DNA of 64,000 nucleotides from Bdellovibrionales bacterium (lineage in GTDB: Bacteria; Bdellovibrionota; Bdellovibrionia; Bdellovibrionales; UBA1609). Location of the stretch: assembly GCA_965205945.1 (NCBI GenBank), contig CBDBIB010000003.1, forward strand, positions 448,394 to 512,393. The letters are read 5' to 3'. Shown one piece after another: positions 10,030 to 19,721 of this stretch. The notes beneath the pieces are model-generated. The model searched no databases. It had not been told where the DNA came from and saw only the letters and a list, made by a program, of their open reading frames with translations. The number at the start of each line of letters is the position of its first letter. The first letter of the stretch is position 1. A program made the translations under genes and the position numbers.

Positions 10030-11562
10030 CTATTTAAATAGTCTTAAGAGTTTACTGATTATTCCTTTTTGAGTGGTTCTTGTAGAAACTGTTTTATATC
10101 CTGAATAACGCGTGCTAGTTTTTCTTTTTTTATTAGGCTTTGCCTTAGTCATTTGAGGTTGGACGGTTGTATTGTTATAATTTTTTTTTGAGTAATTTTT
10201 AGATTCATCTTTAAAGAATTTCTTATAATTTTTATTTTCATCAGGTTCTTCATTATTTTTATTTTTATATTTGTTGTTTTTTAAACGTTGAGGTCGTTTG
10301 GTACTCTGGTCACTTTTTTTAGTTTTAATATTTTTAAGGCTATTTTTTGGATCATAAGTATATGGAAACGGTTTAAAGCTGGTCACAAGGTCTGAGTCAT
10401 TCATCCAGCCGATTTTAAGTTTAGAGTCTAGAAAAATTTGAAGTCTATCTAAAGCAGGAATAGCTTTTTCTGAAACTATAGAAACAGCAACACCCTCTTT
10501 GCCTGCCCTTCCCGTTCTGCCAATTCTATGAATATAGTTTTCTGACTCTTCTGGAAGTTCAAAATTTACAACTAAATCAACGTTTTCAATATCTAAACCA
10601 CGGGCAGCCACATCTGTAGCTACAAGAATATTGATTTCACCACCTTTAAACTTATTCATAACAGAAGTTCTTTGCCCTTGAGACAGAGCACTTGAAAGCC
10701 CCATTGCTTTTAAACCATTTTCTCGTAAAAATTTTTCAATCTTAGGAACTGTTCTTACAAAATTTGAAAATACAATGGCCTGCTCATATTCTTGCTCTTT
10801 TAAGATTGAGAGTAAAAACTTTGGCTTTTCATTATGGCCAACATGTAAAATTTCGTCTTTAACTTGGTTAGTTTTAGGAAGTGATCTATCAATTTCAATT
10901 TCAATAGGGTTTGAACCATATTCATAGGCAACAGTTAAAACATCAAAGTTTAGTGTTGCCGAAAAAACCAAGAACTGACGGTCTCTTGGAATTCTATCTA
11001 AAAGATATTTCATATCTTCTTTAAAGCCCATATCAAACATTCTATCAGCTTCATCAAAAATCACTGAGCGAACTTGTGTTGGATCAAAAAATTTTTCTTT
11101 ATATAAATCTATAAGCCTACCAGGAGTTGCTATTACAAAATCTACACTATTTTGTAATTGTTCTTTCTGAGTTTCGTATGTAACACCTCCGTAAATAGCT
11201 GCATAAGAAAATTCATTATCTAAAGTTAACTCTTTTAAGTTTTGAGCAATCTGTTCAACTAATTCTCGTGTTGGAACTAAAATTAAAATTTGATTTCTAG
11301 GGCCCCAGTTTTTAAAAGCTTTTACATCGCTATGTAGGTTATTGCATTCTTTTATTTGTCTTGTTTTATAAAGCCTTTGAAGTATTGGGATTAAAAACGC
11401 TGCTGTTTTCCCAGTTCCTGTTTGCGCAAGGCCTGCAACATCCTGGCCTGATTGAATTACTGGTATGGCTTTTATTTGGATTTTTGAAGGCTTTGTAAAA
11501 CCTAATTTTTTAATAGAAGCTTGAATTTTAGGGTGAAGCCCATAGTCAGAAAAATTACTCAT
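10030..11562 (-). CDS. DEAD-box RNA helicase with basic C-terminal tail
   Basis: Q motif, AQTGTGKT, PTRELV, TPGRL, DEAD, SAT, ATDVAARGLD, YIHRIGRTGRAG. Confidence 0.95.
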   Translation of the reverse strand: MSNFSDYGLHPKIQASIKKLGFTKPSKIQIKAIPVIQSGQDVAGLAQTGTGKTAAFLIPILQRLYKTRQIKECNNLHSDVKAFKNWGPRNQILILVPTRELVEQIAQNLKELTLDNEFSYAAIYGGVTYETQKEQLQNSVDFVIATPGRLIDLYKEKFFDPTQVRSVIFDEADRMFDMGFKEDMKYLLDRIPRDRQFLVFSATLNFDVLTVAYEYGSNPIEIEIDRSLPKTNQVKDEILHVGHNEKPKFLLSILKEQEYEQAIVFSNFVRTVPKIEKFLRENGLKAMGLSSALSQGQRTSVMNKFKGGEINILVATDVAARGLDIENVDLVVNFELPEESENYIHRIGRTGRAGKEGVAVSIVSEKAIPALDRLQIFLDSKLKIGWMNDSDLVTSFKPFPYTYDPKNSLKNIKTKKSDQSTKRPQRLKNNKYKNKNNEEPDENKNYKKFFKDESKNYSKKNYNNTTVQPQMTKAKPNKKRKTSTRYSGYKTVSTRTTQKGIISKLLRLFK

Positions 11563-11564
11563 AT

Positions 11565-12401
11565 TTATACACTACTCCGCAAAAAATTATCTACTTGTGT
11601 CACAAAATCACTAAATTGGTCAAAGTGCACCCAATGTCCTGTGCCAGAAACCTCTACTCCCATGGAGTTAGAATTTCTTTGGAGCATCTCCTTATAAACT
11701 TTTAAAGGCAAATGTTTAGATTTTTCACCTCTAATTATTAGGTTAGGGGCCATTACAGCTTCAAATTCAAACCAGAAATCTTGTTCCCTTCCTATTTGAA
11801 GGCATCGAAGGACTCCAGGTTTATTAAATCGCCAATTTAAACTGTTATCGCTCTGCTTAGTTATGTTGCTGTATAAAAAATTTGAAAGTACTTTTCCATA
11901 TTTTGGTGTAAAATTTTTTTCAAAAAAAATTTTAGCTGCACTTTTATTTATAAAGGGAACAGGCACAAAGTTGATCATATCTTCTGTTTTCTTAGAGGTT
12001 TTTCCTGTTTTGTGGGGTCCCATGTCTTCAAAAATAACTTTTTCTATTCTTTCAGGGTATCTAGAGGCAAAGTCAAAAGCTGTTCGAGCACCTAAGGAGT
12101 GCCCAATAAGGGAGAATTTATCCCAATTAAGCTCTTTAACTATGCTTAAAAGATCTTTAGAGTAGTCTTGAGGCTTAAAATCACCTAAAACAGGCTTTGT
12201 TTTCCCATGACCTCTTTGGTCCACCAGTAAAATAGTAAAGTTTTCCTCTAAAGCGCGTGCTGTGGGCATCCAATTTTGACTACTGCCTAGTAAACCGTGT
12301 AAGAAAATAAGCCTAGGTTTAATTAAAGAGACTTGCCCATCCTCTAGTCCAAGGAGTCTTATATAAAAAGAATTTATAAAATAAACTTTGTCTAAAAGCA
12401 T
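11565..12401 (-). CDS. Alpha/beta-fold hydrolase (YbfF-like esterase)
   Basis: LHGLLGS, DQRGHG, nucleophile GHSLG, C-terminal GHWVH. Confidence 0.88.
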   Translation of the reverse strand: MLLDKVYFINSFYIRLLGLEDGQVSLIKPRLIFLHGLLGSSQNWMPTARALEENFTILLVDQRGHGKTKPVLGDFKPQDYSKDLLSIVKELNWDKFSLIGHSLGARTAFDFASRYPERIEKVIFEDMGPHKTGKTSKKTEDMINFVPVPFINKSAAKIFFEKNFTPKYGKVLSNFLYSNITKQSDNSLNWRFNKPGVLRCLQIGREQDFWFEFEAVMAPNLIIRGEKSKHLPLKVYKEMLQRNSNSMGVEVSGTGHWVHFDQFSDFVTQVDNFLRSSV

Positions 12402-12426
12402 ATATATTTTATAGGGAGTTTTAAGT

Positions 12427-13677
12427 ATTTCACAATCTATTTTTTTACCTAAAGACCTTTTAGCTTTAACTTTTACGAAAATTGATCATTCGTTAATAGA
12501 CTCCTCAGCTTTAAAAATTGTTAATCAGCTTCAAAAAAGTGGATACACTACGTATCTTGTGGGAGGCTGTGTAAGAGATTTACTTATGGGCTTAACTCCT
12601 AAAGATTTTGATATTTCAACAACGGCAAGACCTCAACAGGTTAAAAAGCTTATTAAAAATGCTTTTATTATTGGGAGGCGTTTTAGATTGGTTTTAGTAA
12701 GACGCGGTGAAGTTCAGTATGAAGTGGCTACTTTTAGACGAGGGCTACTTCCTGAAGAGGGGGGGGGAACACTTTTAGATAGTGAGAATATTTTTGGAAC
12801 ACCAAAACAAGACGCACAAAGAAGAGATTACACGTGTAACGCTTTATTCTATGATCCTATTAAAGGAATTGTTTTGGACTATACAAGTGGTATTCAAGAT
12901 ATGAAAGAAGGCTGGCTTAAGCTTATTGGAAAACCTAAAGATCGTCTTTCTGAAGATCCTATTAGAATATTAAGAGCACTTCGTTTTGCAGTAAAGCTTA
13001 GGCTTCAAATAGAACCGCAATTATATCAAGGTCTTTGTGATTTTGCTGATGGGTTAAAGTTCTCATCCATTCCTAGAAAGAGGGAAGAGTTTTTAAAGAT
13101 CTTAATGCTTAAAAACCCAGGAAGAGTGTTTAACTCTTTAAAAGATTTAGGTATTCTTGATAAGATCCTACCCACTCTTAAAGCTTTAATAACAAAGCCT
13201 CACGTTATAAGAAATATTTTTAACACTTTTGAATATTTAGATTACCATCATCGATTAAGTCTTAATCCCGCTCAATTATTAGGTGTTTTTGTGTGGGCCG
13301 TAGCAATCAACACTAATATTGATTCTGAGTATGAAGATTTATTAACTTGGATACAGGATAAAAGTATTCAAGATTTTATGAAGTTTGAGCTTGGCATCTT
13401 TAACGCCGAACTTATACATATTGAACAGGCTTTTAGGCTTGTTCCTTTTCTTATGGAGTATGAGGTTTTCTTACAAAAAGGAGCTCGTAGGCGTTTAGGG
13501 CTTTTGAATCAAAAATCATTTCCTCTTGCTTTATTTTTTTATGCTTGTATAAACGGACCTGATTTAGGACTTTGGATCGACGCTTTTAACTCTAAAGACA
13601 GCGTTATGAGTTTGTATTTAAACAGTTTTGATGAGAAAATTGATGATTATACAGATGGGGAGGAAAGTTATGAATAG
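12427..13677 (+). CDS. pcnB: Poly(A) polymerase I / CCA-adding family nucleotidyltransferase; start probably upstream of the track's GTG, candidate ATT at 12427
   Basis: YLVGGCVRD, PKDFDIST, IIGRRFRLV, EVATFR, DAQRRDYTCNALFYD, EDPIRILRA. The conserved N-terminal segment IDSSALKIVNQLQKSGY lies 5' of the GTG at 12559 in the same open frame. Confidence 0.85.
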   Translation: MSQSIFLPKDLLALTFTKIDHSLIDSSALKIVNQLQKSGYTTYLVGGCVRDLLMGLTPKDFDISTTARPQQVKKLIKNAFIIGRRFRLVLVRRGEVQYEVATFRRGLLPEEGGGTLLDSENIFGTPKQDAQRRDYTCNALFYDPIKGIVLDYTSGIQDMKEGWLKLIGKPKDRLSEDPIRILRALRFAVKLRLQIEPQLYQGLCDFADGLKFSSIPRKREEFLKILMLKNPGRVFNSLKDLGILDKILPTLKALITKPHVIRNIFNTFEYLDYHHRLSLNPAQLLGVFVWAVAINTNIDSEYEDLLTWIQDKSIQDFMKFELGIFNAELIHIEQAFRLVPFLMEYEVFLQKGARRRLGLLNQKSFPLALFFYACINGPDLGLWIDAFNSKDSVMSLYLNSFDEKIDDYTDGEESYE

Positions 13678-13909
13678 TCAAAATTTACCAGAATACATAA
13701 TGGCTTTTGGGGGGCTTGGGCCTTTAGAAATAGGTGCTGTTCTTGTCATTGTTCTTATTCTTTTTGGTCCTAAAAGGCTTCCCGGGCTTGGAAAATCAAT
13801 AGGTGAAGCTATTAAAGGTTTTAAAAAGGGTATTGGCGAAGATAATAGCGAAATTGATGTTACAGATTCTATAAAGAAAGAAAGAATTAAAGATGTTGAA
13901 GAAAAATAG
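13670..13909 (+). CDS. tatA: Twin-arginine translocase TatA/TatE subunit
   Basis: GPLEIGAVLVIVLILFGPKRLPGLGKSIGEAIKGFKK. SD (GGAGG) precedes the ATG at 13670, so the track start at 13628 is probably too early. Confidence 0.9.
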   Translation: MNSQNLPEYIMAFGGLGPLEIGAVLVIVLILFGPKRLPGLGKSIGEAIKGFKKGIGEDNSEIDVTDSIKKERIKDVEEK

Positions 13910-14059
13910 ATAGTATTTTTTAAAAAAAATATTTTAAGTAGGTTTTCTAAAGCTTTTTTACTTTAAAATAAGAGTAAGAGCATAGTAAAATAATTTTATT
14001 AGAAAAAAGAAAGTTTTTTTAAAAGTTTAAATCTTAATTGTTCCTATGAAAAATTATTT

Positions 14060-16054
14060 TTATAAGCAATCTATAATACTTTGAGCGTCAATTTTATTTA
14101 ACACATATAACTCGTCTGCTGTGTAAGCACTTCTTCCAAAATTCCCATGAACACCTAAATGCTTAAAATCCTTAATCGCATGAACTCCAAAATCCTCTGT
14201 TATTTTAGAGAGAGTATAAGGTCCAAATCCTGAAATTTTTTGATGATCCTCTAAAACTATTAACCGTCCATTAGCTTTTTCTAAAAGGTTTTGAAATTTT
14301 TTTGTAAAGCTAGAGTTTAGTCTAGCTTTAGATACTACACTTATTTTACGTCCTTGAGCTTCTAAGCTTTTAAAAGCTTTTAAAGCTTGTGGGACTAAAG
14401 ATCCAGTAGTTAGAACTAAGGCTTCAGGGTTTTTTGTATCAACAAGTACAGCCTCAGTGTTTAAAGAGTATTTTAGCCCTTTTACATAATATTCAGGGAA
14501 TTTTTCTCTACCTAAAAAAAACACTGTTGAGTTAGGAGTTTTATTATTTTTAATTTTACTTTGATATGCATTGACAACTTCTGTAACTAAATCATAGGCC
14601 TCATTTGAACAGCTTAAAGAAACCACATCGACGTTGGGGATTGAAGAGGTCATTGCAAAATAACTTAAAGCCTGATGTGAGGCTCCATCTGCAGCGTCTT
14701 GAAAACCAGTATGTGAAAAAAAACATAAAATTGGAGCTTTTGATAAGCTTGCCATGGTTAAGGGTAGGGCCCCTTTTGTTACGCCAAACTGTGCAAAAGT
14801 ATCTACCACTGGGATATAGCCTGTTTTTGATAAGCCTACTCCAACACTAATCATATTAGACTCTGCTACTCCCACATCAAAAGAACTTTCTGGAAACTTT
14901 GCTTTAAATGCAGCCATCCCTGTTGAACCATAAAGATCGCTAGAAATTGAAATAAGAGGTGCGCCTTCTTTTTTAAGTTGAATTAAGGCTTTTGCTAAGC
15001 CTACTTGAATTTTTTCTGTTTTAATAAGAGGTGGAATTTTTGGGGATTTTTCAGGCCTTTGCTCTAAATCTTTAACCCATGGCTCTATAATATCAGGCAG
15101 AGCTTGGTTATTATAAATTTCATTAAGCATTTTTCTTAAATCTTTAGGAGAGCTAAATGGAAACCCATGGCCTCCAGAATTAGATTCTTCAGTTTTTTTA
15201 TACCCTTTTCCTTTAATGGTTTTAAAGTGAATAGCAACAGGCTTTAAAGGATTTTTTTTAGCTTTTTTAAATGCAGTTTTTATTGTTAGAAGTACTTTTT
15301 TTAAATCATGACCATCTACATTTTTAAAAACATTCCACCCATAGGTTTTTAAAGAGTCAAATGTTGGCTTCATTGAAAAACTATCTTCATCAATTCTATG
15401 AGAAAGTTTTGTGTTATTATCATTAAGGATGAGGACAAAGGGGTTTAAATAACCCTTGTTCGCCCAGCCAGGAATAGAGGCTAGGGCCTCTCTAGCCTCT
15501 CCCTCCATGGCACCACCATCAGATAGAGTTAAGACTGTAACCCTGTCATTTTCAGAAAGCCTATCACCAAGGGCTAAGCCCTGGGCTTGAGCAATGCTTG
15601 ATCCTAAAGGACCATTTGATAATTGAACTCCTTCTGGGTACACATGCACTTCACCGTGACCGGTTAAAGGACTTTTAATAGATCTAAATGTTTTAAGATC
15701 ACAAACCCTTAATCCACCAAAATTATAAAGTGCTTTTAAGGCATAAAGGCCATTTTCACAATGGCCAGCATCATTAATTAAATTATATTTAGTATGCCAG
15801 CTATTTTCATATTTAAATGCTAAAGCGTATAAAACTGAATTGATTTCGGCTAAAGAAGAAGGGCCACCAAAATGACTTGCCGCACCACATAGAACTGCCT
15901 CCATATCCATTAAAGCCACCAAGGCTCTTATGGCAGCAGGGTCTACTACTTTTAAATCTACACTTGTTTTTGACAAATTAATAGTCTTACTAAGTATAGG
16001 TTCTTTAATTTTTGGGGATAAGAGCTCATTTTTTATGCTCAAAGGCTTTATCAT
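14060..16054 (-). CDS. tkt: Single-chain transketolase-family TPP enzyme
   Basis: ASHFGG, AGHCENG, LTGHGE, NGPLGS, SDGGAMEG (GDG variant), TIKGKG, DVGVAESNM, DGASHQ, LEDHQ. Confidence 0.82.
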   Translation of the reverse strand: MIKPLSIKNELLSPKIKEPILSKTINLSKTSVDLKVVDPAAIRALVALMDMEAVLCGAASHFGGPSSLAEINSVLYALAFKYENSWHTKYNLINDAGHCENGLYALKALYNFGGLRVCDLKTFRSIKSPLTGHGEVHVYPEGVQLSNGPLGSSIAQAQGLALGDRLSENDRVTVLTLSDGGAMEGEAREALASIPGWANKGYLNPFVLILNDNNTKLSHRIDEDSFSMKPTFDSLKTYGWNVFKNVDGHDLKKVLLTIKTAFKKAKKNPLKPVAIHFKTIKGKGYKKTEESNSGGHGFPFSSPKDLRKMLNEIYNNQALPDIIEPWVKDLEQRPEKSPKIPPLIKTEKIQVGLAKALIQLKKEGAPLISISSDLYGSTGMAAFKAKFPESSFDVGVAESNMISVGVGLSKTGYIPVVDTFAQFGVTKGALPLTMASLSKAPILCFFSHTGFQDAADGASHQALSYFAMTSSIPNVDVVSLSCSNEAYDLVTEVVNAYQSKIKNNKTPNSTVFFLGREKFPEYYVKGLKYSLNTEAVLVDTKNPEALVLTTGSLVPQALKAFKSLEAQGRKISVVSKARLNSSFTKKFQNLLEKANGRLIVLEDHQKISGFGPYTLSKITEDFGVHAIKDFKHLGVHGNFGRSAYTADELYVLNKIDAQSIIDCL

Positions 16055-16144
16055 TGAACCCTCCTGTAATAGATTCTGTGCGATATTTAATTAACGTGAA
16101 ACATCTAGTTGTAATTATCAAATCATTTTTTAAAGGAAGCCTTA

Positions 16145-17158
16145 ATGAAACATATTCCTAAAGCTGAGCTTCACCGTCACCTTGAGCTTTCACTACGCGA
16201 CTCAACAATTAAAGAGCTTGCTCCACAGTTTGGTTTTGATCTTTCAAAAAAAGGTTCCTTTGAATATCATTTTAAAATTATGGAGCCCATGAAAGATTTA
16301 GGCTCAGCACTACATAAATTTTTAGATACTCAAAAAATTCTAGCAACTAATGAGATTCTAGAGCGCGTTGCTTATGAGGCCTGTGAAGACGCTTTTAACG
16401 AGGGTATTAAAATTCTTGAGCTTCGCTATGCTCCCACTTTTGTAGCTTTAAATCATCCTAATCTTTCTTTTCAAGGAATTCACGATGCTTTTATTAAAGG
16501 AGCTAAAAAAGCTGAAAAAAACTTTCCAATGGCTGTAGGTTTTATCGGTATCTTACAAAGAATTTTGCCTGTTAAAGACAATTTAAATGTTGTAGACTTT
16601 ATGATTAAGAATAAACAAACCTTTATAGGGATTGATCTTGCCGACAATGAGGTGGGTTTTAACCCTTGTCCTTTTGCTCCATGTTTTAAAAAAGCAAAAA
16701 AAGCGGGTTTAAAAATCACTATACATGCAGGAGAGGCTTTAGAAAAAAATTCTGAGCTTAATATTCTAGATTCTATGAATAAACTTTTTGCAGAGCGTAT
16801 CGGACATGGTATTCAATGCCATAGAAATCCTGATGTTTTAAAGTTTGTTGTTGAGAATAAAATTCCACTTGAGGTTTGTCCTACAAGTAACGTTTTAACA
16901 GGTGCAGTTAAAGATATTCACACACACCCTATTAAAAAGCTTTTAAATGCTGGCGTGTGGGTTACTTTAAGTTCTGATGATCCTGGAATATTTAACCAAA
17001 ATACAAATCAAGAGTATGAACTTTTAAATTCTATGGGTATAGGTGAAAAAATTCTTCTTCAGTGCTCTCATAGAGCAGCTCAATCAAGTTTTATCTCAAA
17101 AGCAAAAAAACAAAAAGTCTGGCCCTATAATTTAGATAGTCTGGCTGAGGAAATTTAA
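16145..17158 (+). CDS. add: Adenosine deaminase
   Basis: PKAELHRHLE, TIHAGE, RIGHG, LEVCPTSN, SSDDP. Confidence 0.93.
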   Translation: MKHIPKAELHRHLELSLRDSTIKELAPQFGFDLSKKGSFEYHFKIMEPMKDLGSALHKFLDTQKILATNEILERVAYEACEDAFNEGIKILELRYAPTFVALNHPNLSFQGIHDAFIKGAKKAEKNFPMAVGFIGILQRILPVKDNLNVVDFMIKNKQTFIGIDLADNEVGFNPCPFAPCFKKAKKAGLKITIHAGEALEKNSELNILDSMNKLFAERIGHGIQCHRNPDVLKFVVENKIPLEVCPTSNVLTGAVKDIHTHPIKKLLNAGVWVTLSSDDPGIFNQNTNQEYELLNSMGIGEKILLQCSHRAAQSSFISKAKKQKVWPYNLDSLAEEI

Positions 17159-17159
17159 A

Positions 17160-17786
17160 ATGGCATTAAAACTTCAAAAAAAAAGTGATCTACATATAGC
17201 CAGAAAAATTTGGCATGTTTGTGGTGTTCTTATGATTATCTGGGCTTATGTGACTCTTTCATATAATATTTTTATTTTAACCTCGGTATTTGTAACAAGC
17301 TTTGTTCTTTTAATGGATTTTGGAAGGCTTTATTTTAAAAAATTAAACACCATTATACAAATCTTTTTTTCTTTCTGTATGAGAGAAGGTGAAAAAGATA
17401 AAATCTCTGGAATAAGCTATATGACTGTTGGTGTCTTGCTTGCTGCGCTTCTTTTTCCAAGAGACGTTGTTATTTTAGCACTTATTTTTCTTGGAGTCGG
17501 TGATCCTATTGCCGGCATTTTTGGAATTCTTTATGGAAAAAACAAAATTGGCTCTAAATCCTTAGAGGGAAGTATAGCAGCTTTTTTAGCCTGCTCGATT
17601 GCTTCGGTGGTTTATTTTCTAGCAAATGATTTTTTTGATCACCGTATTTTTCTAGCTGTTCCACTTTCTGGTTTATGGGGGGCCTTAGCAGAACTTGTTG
17701 AGATTAAATATTTAGATGACAACTTTACACTCCCTATTTTAGCAGGCTTCGGCCTTTGGGGGCTTTATTACCTATTAGGAACTTAA
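17160..17786 (+). CDS. Diacylglycerol/polyprenol (dolichol/phytol) kinase family membrane protein
   Basis: RKIWH, GDPIAGIFG, KSLEGSIA, AELV...DDNFTLP; multi-TM. Confidence 0.85.
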   Translation: MALKLQKKSDLHIARKIWHVCGVLMIIWAYVTLSYNIFILTSVFVTSFVLLMDFGRLYFKKLNTIIQIFFSFCMREGEKDKISGISYMTVGVLLAALLFPRDVVILALIFLGVGDPIAGIFGILYGKNKIGSKSLEGSIAAFLACSIASVVYFLANDFFDHRIFLAVPLSGLWGALAELVEIKYLDDNFTLPILAGFGLWGLYYLLGT

Positions 17787-17793
17787 TGTTGAA

Positions 17794-18594
17794 ATGAATG
17801 ATATTAAAAAAACTAAACTTAGAAAAAAACTTGTTCATATAGATCGTTTAGGCGTTGAAATTTATATTCTACCAAATCTAGTTACTACCATGAATATGTT
17901 TTTTGGATTTTTTGGGATAATCCGAGCAGTAAGGGGTGATTTTACTTTTGCTGCCTATGCAATTGTAGCAGCAGCTGTTTTTGATCTTTTAGATGGTAGA
18001 GTTGCTAGAATAACAAATACTAAAAGTTCTTTTGGAGCGCAGTATGACTCACTTTGTGATTTAGTGAGCTTTGGTGTTTCACCAGCTCTTCTTTTATTTC
18101 TTTGGTCCTTATATCCTTTTGGAAGAGTTGGTTGGCTTGTATGCTTTTTTTATGCAGCCTGTGGGGCTTTGCGATTAGCGCGGTTTAACGTTTACTCTAT
18201 TATAATGGAAAAAAATGAGATTGAAACTGAGGCTGAAAATAAAGCTTATTTTTTAGGGCTTCCTATTCCTATGGCCGCGGGTATTGTGGCTAGTGCTGTA
18301 CTCGCTTTTAAAGATCAAGAGATAGATCCTGTTGGAAATCCTATTGTTTTTGTCATCACATTATTTATAGGTATTGCAATGGTGAGTAACTTTCCTTACA
18401 GGAGTTTTAAAGATATAGATTTAAAAAAGCGTCTTCCTTTTATTTATCTTGTTTTTGGTGTTGCAGTACTAGCTTTTATTGCTATTAGACCAGAGATTAC
18501 ATTGTTTGTATTGTTTGTGCTCTATGCTTTCTTAGGCTTAAGTGTAGGGTTTTATAAAAAATTTTTTATAAAGAATAAAAATTTAGAGGCATGA
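17794..18594 (+). CDS. pssA: CDP-diacylglycerol--serine O-phosphatidyltransferase
   Basis: LPNLVT, DLLDGRVAR...SSFGAQYDSLCDLVSFGVSPA (CDP-alcohol phosphotransferase motif), ALRLARFN, FLGLPIP. Confidence 0.93.
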   Translation: MNDIKKTKLRKKLVHIDRLGVEIYILPNLVTTMNMFFGFFGIIRAVRGDFTFAAYAIVAAAVFDLLDGRVARITNTKSSFGAQYDSLCDLVSFGVSPALLLFLWSLYPFGRVGWLVCFFYAACGALRLARFNVYSIIMEKNEIETEAENKAYFLGLPIPMAAGIVASAVLAFKDQEIDPVGNPIVFVITLFIGIAMVSNFPYRSFKDIDLKKRLPFIYLVFGVAVLAFIAIRPEITLFVLFVLYAFLGLSVGFYKKFFIKNKNLEA

Positions 18595-19566
18595 ATGAGA
18601 GTAGGGTTAGTTGGTTGTAGAGGTCTTGTAGGTGAAACTTTTTTAAAAGTTTTAGCCCATAGAAAGTTTCCCATTACAAGTTTAAAGCTTTTTGCAAGTG
18701 CTGCAAGCCTTGGAAAAAGTATTTTTTTTAACAATAAAACCTATTTTATCCAGGTTTTATCAGACTCGGCTTTTAAAAATTTAGATATCGTTTTTATTGC
18801 AACAGATAAGAATATTAGTAAAGAGTGGAGTCCTAAAATAGCAGGAAGAGGGGTTTATGTGGTGGACAACTCAAGTGCCTTTAGGCTTGAGGATGAAATT
18901 CCACTGGTTTGCCCTGAGATAAATAAGAATTTAATTAATAAAAATAATAAGCTTTATGCTAACCCTAATTGCTCTACTATTCAATTAGTGATTTTACTTA
19001 ATGCCCTTAAAAAGGCTGGAACTTTAAAAGATGTCATTGTTGCAAGTTATCAAGCTGTTAGTGGGGCCGGAAGAAAAGGCCTAGATGAACTAAAAGCTCA
19101 ATCCACGAATTCTTTTCTTAAACCTAAAGCTTTTCTTAAACAGATTGCTTTTAACTGTATTCCACAAATCGGTGGAATTGATGATTTTAATTTTTGCTCT
19201 GAGGAGCAAAAAATTATGAAAGAAACCAAAAAAATTCTAGCTCTTTTAAACCTATCTGTGAGTGCTCAAACTGTTAGAGTTCCTGTTGAAAATGGCCATG
19301 GTGAAAGTGTTTGGGTGACTTTTAAAGAGGAACTTAGAAAAGAGGAAGTTTTAAAGGCTTTAAATGATCAAGAAGGTTTAAAGGTAAAACCTAACGGCTT
19401 TAACACTCAAGTTGAAGTTTCAGGGTCTGATGATGTTTATGTTTCAAGAGTTAGGCCGGATATTGATAACCCTAAAAGATGGTTATTTTGGGTTGTGGCG
19501 GATAATGTTCGAAAAGGTGCAGCTACAAATGCTATACAGATTGCTGAGCATATTGTCGCTCTTTAA
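18595..19566 (+). CDS. asd: Aspartate-semialdehyde dehydrogenase
   Basis: VGCRGLVG, VDNSSAFR, ANPNCST, YQAVSGAG, AFNCIPQI, VRVPVENGH, DNVRKGAATNA. Confidence 0.95.
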   Translation: MRVGLVGCRGLVGETFLKVLAHRKFPITSLKLFASAASLGKSIFFNNKTYFIQVLSDSAFKNLDIVFIATDKNISKEWSPKIAGRGVYVVDNSSAFRLEDEIPLVCPEINKNLINKNNKLYANPNCSTIQLVILLNALKKAGTLKDVIVASYQAVSGAGRKGLDELKAQSTNSFLKPKAFLKQIAFNCIPQIGGIDDFNFCSEEQKIMKETKKILALLNLSVSAQTVRVPVENGHGESVWVTFKEELRKEEVLKALNDQEGLKVKPNGFNTQVEVSGSDDVYVSRVRPDIDNPKRWLFWVVADNVRKGAATNAIQIAEHIVAL

Positions 19567-19721
19567 CATCCTTACAAAGAAAGGAGCCTAGCCTCCTAGT
19601 TAATATAGGATTAAGTTTTTGTTTTGTTCTTAAAAAAGAGTTTTTAAAAAAAGATTGTACTAAAAGCTTAAAGTGAAAAATAAGAGATGCCATTTAAATA
19701 AAATAGATATATAAGACTTAG

